Below are positions 57,179 to 64,000 of a stretch of DNA of 64,000 nt, in pieces. Source of the stretch: an uncultured Candidatus Binatia bacterium. GTDB taxonomy: Bacteria; Desulfobacterota; Binatia; UBA9968; JAJDTQ01. The translations under genes were made by a program, and so were the position numbers. The notes under the pieces are model-generated. The model searched no databases. It was not told where the DNA came from and saw nothing but the letters and a program-made list of their open reading frames with translations. Numbering within the stretch: position 1 is the stretch's first letter; each line of letters begins with the position of its first letter. The stretch spans positions 1,344,001 to 1,408,000 of the forward strand of contig OZ251459.1 in the NCBI GenBank assembly GCA_965242525.1. The letters are read 5' to 3'.

Positions 57179-57319
57179 GGAACCTCTGAACAATCGGGAC
57201 AGGGGACATAAGCGCGTCCTTCGACTTCGCTACGCTACGCTCAGGACGAACGGGGATAGGGGCGTCAGGGTGAGGGAATCGGGAATCCATCCCGGATGTC
57301 TCGATTGTTCAGAGGTTCC
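57179..57319. mobile_element. MITE-A full copy (141 bp), best-conserved TIRs, TSD TCAT
   Basis: GGAACCTCTGAACAATCGGGACA vs reverse complement of right end GGAACCTCTGAACAATCGAGACA (22/23); TCAT on both sides. Confidence 0.92.
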
Positions 57320-57465
57320 TCATAGTGGTTGTCCACCTCCTTCACCGTGCCCTCCGTGTTTGAGAAGGGGACGGCAGGAAGAACGACGAGGCGCTCGCGC
57401 CGCGGGCCGGTCGCCCGGGAGCCTGTCCGGGCAGGGGACCGACCCGCGCCGCGGCGGCTATGCCC

Positions 57466-57699
57466 TCACGAGTCCAGGAGGGAGTCGATGCGCTCCGGCT
57501 GGAAGCCCACCACCGCCTCGCCGTCGATGATGACCACCGGAGTGCTCTGGAAGCCCCGGGCCAGCAGGTCCTTCATGGCCTCCTGGTCCTCGCGGATGTT
57601 CTTCTCCACGAAATCAACGCCCTTTTGAGAAAGATACTCCTTCTCTCGATGGCAAGGCGGTCAACCGGGCTGGGTGAACAGTATGACGGATTCTGCCAT
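57466..57699 (-). CDS. Selenocysteine-containing glutaredoxin/NrdH-like protein (UPPC)
   Basis: RBS AAGGAGG; MAESVILFTQPG-TGA-PPCHREKEYLSQKGVDFVEKNIREDQEAMKDLLARGFQSTPVVIIDGEAVVGFQPERIDSLLDS; the in-frame TGA (57663-57661) is at the first Cys position of CxxC. Confidence 0.88.
57627..57645 (-). promoter_or_regulatory. Putative bacterial SECIS hairpin
   Basis: GAGAAGGA-GUA-UCUUUCUC (8-bp stem including one G-U); apical GU loop 23 nt 3' of the UGA. Confidence 0.65.
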
Positions 57700-57852
57700 G
57701 GGTTCCTCCTTCTGGCTGGTCGATGCTGCTTCACGACAACCTAACACCCGCCGGACCATTTCTCAATGTTTGCTTTCTCCCGCGTCCCGTCCTAGCCTGC
57801 TCACCGAGGTCCGCGCCGAGGTCGGGTCCGGACCTGTCGGGAGGTCTTCGAC

Positions 57853-58845
57853 ATGTCGATGCAGTTCTATCTCCACAGTATCAACGGCGGCGTGAAGGAC
57901 GTGGCCCGGATCCGGGAGCGCGCGGTCAGGGCCGAGGAACTGGGGTTCGAGGGCGTCTTCGTGGGCGCCAACCAGCTCAGCACGCCGGAACCCTTCTCGG
58001 TGCTGACCATGTGCGCCCTGTCAACGCAACGCCTGAAGCTGGGCGTCGCGGTCGCCAACATGGTCTTCCAGGAACCCACGGTGCTGGCGGGGGCCGCGGC
58101 GACCCTCGACGGGATTTCCCAGGGGCGGGCCATACTGGGCCTGGGCACCGGGGACAGTCCGGTCCACGCCATGGGGCGCAAGCCCACGCGCCTGGCCGCC
58201 TTCGAGGACGGGGTTCGGACCATCCGGGAGCTGCTCCGGGGCGGGGAGATGGCCACCCCCACCGGCCGCGTGGGCATCGCCTTCCGGCACGGTCCGGCGC
58301 CGGTCTTCCTGGCGGTGGAGGGTCCGCGCGGGCTGCGGCTGGCGGGCCGGGCCGCGGACGGCGTGTTCCTCGCCAGCGGCGTGGAGCCGAAGGCCCTGGG
58401 CTGGGCGCTGGCGCGCGTTGCCGAAGGCGCCCGTGAAGCGGACCGTCCGCGGGAAGACGTCACCATACTGGCGGCCGCCATGGTCTGCATCCAGAGCGAC
58501 GGCGCCGAAGCGCGCCGCACGGTAAGGCCGCGGCTGGCCAACAGGGCCCATCACAACTTCCAGGCGACACTGGAGACCGTTCCCCAAGAGCACATGGACG
58601 ACGTCAAACGGTTCATGGAGGCCTTCGACCCGTCCAGGCCCATGGAGGAACGCTCGGACCCGGCCCTGGTGACCGACTACCTGGTGCACCGGTTCGCCAT
58701 TGCGGGCAGCCCAAAGGAATGCGTCGCGCGGCTGGAGGAGTTGCAGGAAGCGGGGGTCAGCCGCGTCATGCTGACGCCCTCCCGGAGCGTCTATGAAGAG
58801 ACGGTGGAAGCCCTGGGCAAGGAAGTGATGCCGGCGTTCCGGTAG
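57853..58845 (+). CDS. LLM-class oxidoreductase (Mer-like)
   Basis: AEELGFE, LKLGVAVAN, GRAILGLGTGDS, GRAADG. Confidence 0.87.
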   Translation: MSMQFYLHSINGGVKDVARIRERAVRAEELGFEGVFVGANQLSTPEPFSVLTMCALSTQRLKLGVAVANMVFQEPTVLAGAAATLDGISQGRAILGLGTGDSPVHAMGRKPTRLAAFEDGVRTIRELLRGGEMATPTGRVGIAFRHGPAPVFLAVEGPRGLRLAGRAADGVFLASGVEPKALGWALARVAEGAREADRPREDVTILAAAMVCIQSDGAEARRTVRPRLANRAHHNFQATLETVPQEHMDDVKRFMEAFDPSRPMEERSDPALVTDYLVHRFAIAGSPKECVARLEELQEAGVSRVMLTPSRSVYEETVEALGKEVMPAFR

Positions 58846-59005
58846 CCGGGGTCCCGCGGCAGGCGCGGGGCGTACCCACTCACACGGCGCACAGCCGGGC
58901 GGAAAGCCTTGACATCCCCGCGGCGCTTCTGTAGCCAAGGGGGGCTTGGCGTCGAAGACGCCGGAAACGAAAGCGCCGGAACACGAGGGAAAGGGAGGAG
59001 CATCC

Positions 59006-60040
59006 ATGAGACGCATATCCTGTCTGGCCGCGGCCGCGGTCCTTGGGGTCGCGGTCTTCGCGGCTTCCGCGGCCCACGCAGAGGACTTCTACAAGGGCAA
59101 GACGTTCCGTTTCATCGTGGGCTTCTCGCCCGGGGGCGGCTACGACACCTACACGCGGCTGATCGCCCGCTACTTCGGCAAGTACGTTCCCGGCAACCCC
59201 ACGACCCTGGTGCAGAACATGACCGGGGCCGGAAGCCTCATCTCGGCCAACTACATCGCCCGGCGGGCCAAGCCCGACGGCCTCACCGGCGCGGTGTTCA
59301 ACAACTCGCTGATCGTGCAGAAGAGCCTGGGCGACAAGAAGGTCACGGTACCCTTCGAGAAGCTGGAGTGGGCGGGGGCGCCCAGCCAGGGCGAGATCGT
59401 CTGCATGATGATGGCCTTCACCGGCAAGACTACACTCAAGGACGTGCTCGCCTCCAAGGAACCCATCAAGATGGGCGCCACCCGGGCGGGGTCCACCGGC
59501 TTCGACATCCCGACCATCATGAACAAGACCATGGGGGCCAACTTCAAGCTCATCACCGGGTACCGGGGAACCGCCACCATACGGCTGGCGCTGGAAGGGC
59601 GCGAGGTGGACGGTTTCTGCTCCCAGTGGGAGTCCATGAGGGTCACGGCCCGGAGCATGCTGGACGCCGAGGGCGGGCAGAAGCTGGTGCCCTTCATCAT
59701 CGACAGCCATAGCTACCAGGACCCGGAGACCAAAGACCTGCCCCTGTTCGAGGACGAGATCAAGACGAAGGAAGGCCTCCAGATCTACAAATCCTGGGCC
59801 TCCCAGATGGCGTTCCAGCGGATGCTCGCCCTCCCGCCCGGAACCCCCAAGGACCGTCTGGCCATCCTGAGGCAGGCTTACGAGAAGACCCTGAAGGACC
59901 CGGACCTGCTGGCGGAGGCCGAGAAAGCCAAGCTCGTGGTCACCTACGTTTCCGGCCCGGAGGTGGAGAAGCTCGTGAGCGAGATCATCAACATGCCCCC
60001 GCACGTGAAGGAGAGCCTGTCCTTCCTGGTGCGGAAGTAA
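59006..60040 (+). CDS. TctC/Bug substrate-binding protein
   Basis: Signal peptide AHA; GFSPGGGYD, NMTGAGS, KPDGLT, GYRG; start ATG 59006. Confidence 0.9.
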   Translation: MRRISCLAAAAVLGVAVFAASAAHAEDFYKGKTFRFIVGFSPGGGYDTYTRLIARYFGKYVPGNPTTLVQNMTGAGSLISANYIARRAKPDGLTGAVFNNSLIVQKSLGDKKVTVPFEKLEWAGAPSQGEIVCMMMAFTGKTTLKDVLASKEPIKMGATRAGSTGFDIPTIMNKTMGANFKLITGYRGTATIRLALEGREVDGFCSQWESMRVTARSMLDAEGGQKLVPFIIDSHSYQDPETKDLPLFEDEIKTKEGLQIYKSWASQMAFQRMLALPPGTPKDRLAILRQAYEKTLKDPDLLAEAEKAKLVVTYVSGPEVEKLVSEIINMPPHVKESLSFLVRK

Positions 60041-60051
60041 CCGGAAAAGGG

Positions 60052-61536
60052 TCATCCGCGGGGATGGGGCGGCGGTTTCTCCGGCGCTCCATCCCTCGCC
60101 TGGTCCTCCCCCTTTCCGGCAAGCCAACCCCGGACCAGTTCCGCCTTCAGCACCTTTCCGGTGGCGCCCTTGGGCAGTTCCGGGACCAGGCGCACCCAGC
60201 GCGGGTACTTGAAGCGGGCGAGCCGGGCCGCACAGTAGCCCGTGAGGTCGTCCGCCCCGGGCCGGGTCCCCGGCCTCGCCACCACGAAAGCCGCCACCTC
60301 CTCTCCCAGGTCGGGATGGGGCACCCCCACCACCGCGGCCTCCGCCACCTCCGGGTGCGCCGTCAGCACAGCCTCCACCTCCTGGGGAAAGACCGAGTAG
60401 CCGCCCCGGAGGATGCGCTCCCTCAAGCGCCCGGTGATCTCCACGAACCCGTCGCCTGAGATCCGGGCCAGGTCGCCGGTGCGGAACCACCCGTCCGTGA
60501 GCACCGGCGCAGGGTCGTTCCAGTAGCCTTCGAGCGCCGCGGGCGTCCGGATCCACAACTCCCCCGTCTCCCCTTCACCGGATCCGGCGCCCCCCTCCCC
60601 AGCCACACCTTCCCCCACCACCCGCGCCTCCACCCCCGGGACCGCTCGACCCACGGACTCCGGGCGGTCGTCGTCTTCCTCTGCCAAGTAGGATATGGGA
60701 CGGAAGAGCTCGGTCATGCCGTAACCCCGGAGGATGCGGACGCCGCTGCGCCGGCGCCACTCCTCGGCCAGGTCCCAAGGGCACGGCGCGGCCCCGGACA
60801 CCGCGAGGCGCAGCGACGACAGGTCCGCGGCGTCGAACTCCGGCGCGCCCAACAGGCGGCGGAACATGGTGGCCACCCCCAGGAACAGGGTGACCCGGTG
60901 CTCCTCCACCGCGGCGAGGACGGCCTCCGGGGAGAACCTGTCGAGGACCACCACACGGGCGCCCATGAGCAGCGGCGCCAGCAGCGAGCCGTGCATGCCG
61001 AAGGAATGGGGCAGCGGCAGCGCCGACAGCACCACGTCGTCCGCGCCCACCGCCATCATGCTCGCCCACGAACGGTCCGCGAAGGTCAGTGCGGCATGGG
61101 TGAAGACCGCGCCCCTGGGCCGTCCGGTGCTGCCGGAACTGTAGCCGATGAGGGCCGGCGCCCGGCACTCCGCCGCGGTGTCCCACGCCCCCGCGCGAGG
61201 GTCCGGGCGTCGGACCACCCGGGCCGGGGCCACGTCCGCGAGTATGGCCCTCTCTTCCTCCGGCTTGAGCAGCGGGCTCAGCGGCGCCGCGGTGGCGCCC
61301 AGCTTCCACACGCCCAGGAGCGCCGCGGCGAAGGTCCAGTGGTTGGGGAGCACCAGCGCCACCCGGTCCCCCGGGACCACCCCGCCCTCCGCCAGCTCCC
61401 GCGCGAAGCCCGCGGCCCGGGCATGGAGTTCGCCGCAGGTCAGCGCCGCGCCGTCGCACAGCAGCGCGGGTCTTTCCGGATGACGCCGGGCGGTGCGCTC
61501 CAGCAGGCAGACGAAGTTGCGTCCGGCAGGCGCCAA
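60052..61536 (-). CDS. Acyl-CoA synthetase (AMP-forming)
   Basis: YSSGSTGRP, GYGMTE, WFRTGD, LPKGATGK; start TTG 61536 inferred. Confidence 0.88.
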   Translation of the reverse strand: MAPAGRNFVCLLERTARRHPERPALLCDGAALTCGELHARAAGFARELAEGGVVPGDRVALVLPNHWTFAAALLGVWKLGATAAPLSPLLKPEEERAILADVAPARVVRRPDPRAGAWDTAAECRAPALIGYSSGSTGRPRGAVFTHAALTFADRSWASMMAVGADDVVLSALPLPHSFGMHGSLLAPLLMGARVVVLDRFSPEAVLAAVEEHRVTLFLGVATMFRRLLGAPEFDAADLSSLRLAVSGAAPCPWDLAEEWRRRSGVRILRGYGMTELFRPISYLAEEDDDRPESVGRAVPGVEARVVGEGVAGEGGAGSGEGETGELWIRTPAALEGYWNDPAPVLTDGWFRTGDLARISGDGFVEITGRLRERILRGGYSVFPQEVEAVLTAHPEVAEAAVVGVPHPDLGEEVAAFVVARPGTRPGADDLTGYCAARLARFKYPRWVRLVPELPKGATGKVLKAELVRGWLAGKGEDQARDGAPEKPPPHPRG

Positions 61537-61556
61537 TGCCGTCCCTTCCGCGGACC

Positions 61557-62906
61557 TCAGAGTCCCAGGGCGTCCAGGTCGATGCGCTCCATGACCTCTT
61601 GCTGGATGCGGTTGCGGGGAGTGTACTGCGCCAGAGAGGGCTTGGCGGTGGCGTCCACTCCCCACTTGGCGGTGTAGCCGTCCGAGTCCGTGGAAGGGTC
61701 CAGGTCCGAGCCCCGGGTGTTCGAGACCACGGTGATGTCCCGGTCGGCCTGGCACCGGGTGCCCAGGGCCCAGGCCACCTCCCGGTCGTCGAAGACGTCC
61801 ACGTCGTGGTCCACCACCACCACCCGCTTGATGTACATGTCCGCTCCCAGCACCGCGAGTATGGCGTTCTTGGCCTGGCCCGGGGTCCGCTGGCGGATGG
61901 ACACGTAGCAGCTATAGGGAGCGGGCACCCGCACCGCGGCCACCGAAGGGACCATGGTGCGCACCGCCCGGTAGAGGTTCGCCTCCATGGGGATGGTAGA
62001 GAGCAACAGGTGATCGACCTGGGCCACCGCGATGTCGTGGAACAGGGCGTCCTCCCTCATGGTCATGGCGGTGTAGCGGACCACCTCGCGCCGGCGCTCC
62101 CCGAGGCTGTACCCGGTGAACTCGCTGAACGGCCCCTCCGGGGTCCTTTCCCCGGGCAGGATCTCGCCCTCCAGCACCAGCTCGGCGTGGGCCGGGGCCA
62201 GCAGGTCCGAGGTCTCGCACCGGACCAGCTCCAGCGGTTCCCCCAGGAGCCCGCCCATGATGGCGCGTTCGTCCTCGTCGATGGAGCCGATGGCCAACGC
62301 CCCCAGGCCGATGGCCGGGTGGACGCCGATGGCGAAGGCCACGGGCAGGGATTGACCCAGGGCCTCGGCCTTCTGGAAGAACTCCCACAGGTGCTTGGAG
62401 GCTGTGATGTGGATGGAGGTCCGGTCCCGGCCCAGGATCATCAGGCGGTTGTAGGCGCAGTTCCAGGCGCCGTCCTCCGGGTCCCGGGCGAACGAGACGG
62501 CCCCGGTGACGTAGGGGCCGGCATCCGCGGCGTGGTGGACGATCTGCGGCAACTCCAGGAGGTCCACCTCGCCGCCCGTGCGCACCACCTCCTTGACCGG
62601 CCCGGAGTCCACCGCCACCGGCGCCACAGGATGCTCCATGGCGTCTAGGAACGCGCGCTGGAGTTGCCGGGGCTCGGCGTTCATGGCCAGGGCCATGCGG
62701 CGGCGGCTGGCGTGGAGGTTGGTCAGCACCGGGAACGCGCTGCCCTTCACGTTCTCCAGCAACAGCGCCGGCCTTCGACGCCGTTCCCGGGCGAGCTTGG
62801 CCACCAGCGCGGTGACCTCGTAGCGCGGGTTCACCGGCTCCGAGATCCGGACGAGTTCGTCCTTCGATTCCACCAGTTCCAGATAGCTTCTCAAGTCCTG
62901 CGGCAT
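61557..62906 (-). CDS. UbiD-family decarboxylase
   Basis: DAGPY, NCAYNR, EGPFSEFTGY, VVVDHDVD, WALGTR, SDLDPS. Confidence 0.92.
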   Translation of the reverse strand: MPQDLRSYLELVESKDELVRISEPVNPRYEVTALVAKLARERRRRPALLLENVKGSAFPVLTNLHASRRRMALAMNAEPRQLQRAFLDAMEHPVAPVAVDSGPVKEVVRTGGEVDLLELPQIVHHAADAGPYVTGAVSFARDPEDGAWNCAYNRLMILGRDRTSIHITASKHLWEFFQKAEALGQSLPVAFAIGVHPAIGLGALAIGSIDEDERAIMGGLLGEPLELVRCETSDLLAPAHAELVLEGEILPGERTPEGPFSEFTGYSLGERRREVVRYTAMTMREDALFHDIAVAQVDHLLLSTIPMEANLYRAVRTMVPSVAAVRVPAPYSCYVSIRQRTPGQAKNAILAVLGADMYIKRVVVVDHDVDVFDDREVAWALGTRCQADRDITVVSNTRGSDLDPSTDSDGYTAKWGVDATAKPSLAQYTPRNRIQQEVMERIDLDALGL

Positions 62907-62924
62907 GGTCCACCCGTCTTCGCG

Positions 62925-62999
62925 AAAGCGCGTCCTTCGACTTCGCTTCGCTACGCTCAGGACGAACGGGGATCAATCGTTCGGACGTCCAGAGTTTCC
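62925..62999. mobile_element. MITE-A2 partial copy
   Basis: AAAGCGCGTCCTTCGACTTCGCTTCGCTACGCTCAGGACGAACGGGG...GAGTTTCC. Confidence 0.78.
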
Positions 63000-63030
63000 C
63001 CGAGACCTTCCGATCCGCGCGCGGGGCCGG

Positions 63031-63846
63031 CTACCCGTGCTCCAGCACCCACCGCGCCACCTCGTCGTGCCGGGCGAACCAGACCCTGGAAAAGCCCTTC
63101 ATGTACCTGAGTATCTCGGTCAGCATGGCCGCCATCATGGGCCGTCCGCCGAAATGGGCGTGCACCGTCAGGTTGATCATCTCCGGGGCGTCCGAGCGGT
63201 AGAGGAAGTCGAAGGTGTCCTTATAGACGTTGAGGAAGTCCCGGGGACTGCCCCGCAGCACCCGGTTGTCGGCGAAGTCGCTGTGGGGGATGGCCACCAC
63301 CGGGCCGTGTTGGGTGGCCACCCGGTAGGGCATGTCCGTGTCGTTGTAGTCCCCGTGCCAGACGCACCCGGCCTCCGCCAGGAACCCCGCGGTGTGCTCG
63401 GTGGGGGTGGCCCTGGGACTCAGCCAACCCACCGGCCTCGCGCCCGCGGCGCCTTCGATGAGGTCGAAGCAGCGGCCGATCACCTCCCTTTCCTCGTCCG
63501 CGGAAAGGGAGGTGAGGAAGGTGTCCTGGGTGTAGGAATGGCCGGCCAGCTCGTGGCCGTCCCGGTGCAGGGCCTTCACCGCGTCCGGGAAGAGCTCCAC
63601 CGAACGGCCGCTGACGCACACCGTGGCCGGGACCTCGAACTCCCGGAAGATCTTCATGAAGCGCCAGACGCCCGTGCGTCCGCCGTACTCGGACCACGAC
63701 ACCCCCAGCCGGTCCACCACCCCCGGCTCGAGGGGCGACGACATGGGCGAGTAGGCGGGCGCCTTCCCCGGCGACCAGGTCTCGAACATGGGGGTCACGA
63801 GCACCGCGACCCTGGCCCCCTCGGGCCATTCATCCACCGTCGTCAA
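63031..63846 (-). CDS. Polysaccharide deacetylase family protein (PuuE-like)
   Basis: WPEGAR, YGGRTGVWR, GHELAGHSY, RPVGWLSP, VWFA. Confidence 0.87.
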   Translation of the reverse strand: MTTVDEWPEGARVAVLVTPMFETWSPGKAPAYSPMSSPLEPGVVDRLGVSWSEYGGRTGVWRFMKIFREFEVPATVCVSGRSVELFPDAVKALHRDGHELAGHSYTQDTFLTSLSADEEREVIGRCFDLIEGAAGARPVGWLSPRATPTEHTAGFLAEAGCVWHGDYNDTDMPYRVATQHGPVVAIPHSDFADNRVLRGSPRDFLNVYKDTFDFLYRSDAPEMINLTVHAHFGGRPMMAAMLTEILRYMKGFSRVWFARHDEVARWVLEHG

Positions 63847-63922
63847 CGGTTCCCCCTTTCCGGCTATCGAAGACGCCGTGGAGGCAGGGTCTCCACGGCC
63901 GCAGTCCCGTCGCCGCAGGCTG

Positions 63923-64000
63923 TCACGGCTCGGGGCTCCACACCCGGCCGGGCACGAAGAGCTGGCCCTGGAACAGCTTCCGGGCGGTGCGGACCACTCC
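63923..64000 (-). CDS. C-terminus of a PrpF-family isomerase (gene begins outside the window)
   Basis: GVVRTARKLFQGQLFVP matches the RTAR.L..G C-terminal motif of the family. Confidence 0.65.
   Translation of the reverse strand, partial: GVVRTARKLFQGQLFVPGRVWSPEP

Noticed and set aside
1-64000. tRNA, rRNA, riboswitch, cas, integrase or transposase genes
   Set aside because: None recognisable by eye; covariance-model searches were not possible.

Overview
High-GC bacterial chromosome segment. The gene content (4 UbiD paralogues, 4 LLM oxidoreductases, TTT transporters, a Mo-hydroxylase operon) resembles heterotrophic 'deltaproteobacterial'/Binatota-like genomes; this taxonomy is inference only. 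It contains a housekeeping block (miaA-mutL, rpmB, rel-gmk-yicC, uppP), catabolic operons and two TA remnants. No rRNA, tRNA, transposase or cas gene was found. The main signals are non-coding. (1) An orphan type I-E-like CRISPR mini-array (3 x 29-bp repeats, 2 x 32-bp spacers, 5407-5557) has a first spacer that matches the uppP gene 42 kb away exactly, 32/32 (47370-47401). (2) This array is the left arm of a mirror-symmetric nested cassette: CRISPR repeat / REP doublet / GIY-YIG remnant / MITE half / PD-(D/E)XK nuclease gene / MITE half / REP doublet / CRISPR repeat. The cassette is related to a TIR-bounded REP-GIY-YIG element at 42070-42602. (3) There are 19 loci of a MITE family with 4-bp target duplications, and a second 103-bp MITE is nested inside it twice. 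(4) A selenocysteine (UPPC) glutaredoxin with a SECIS-like hairpin was missed by the ORF track. All alignments were done by eye; family assignments come from recognised motifs, not database searches.
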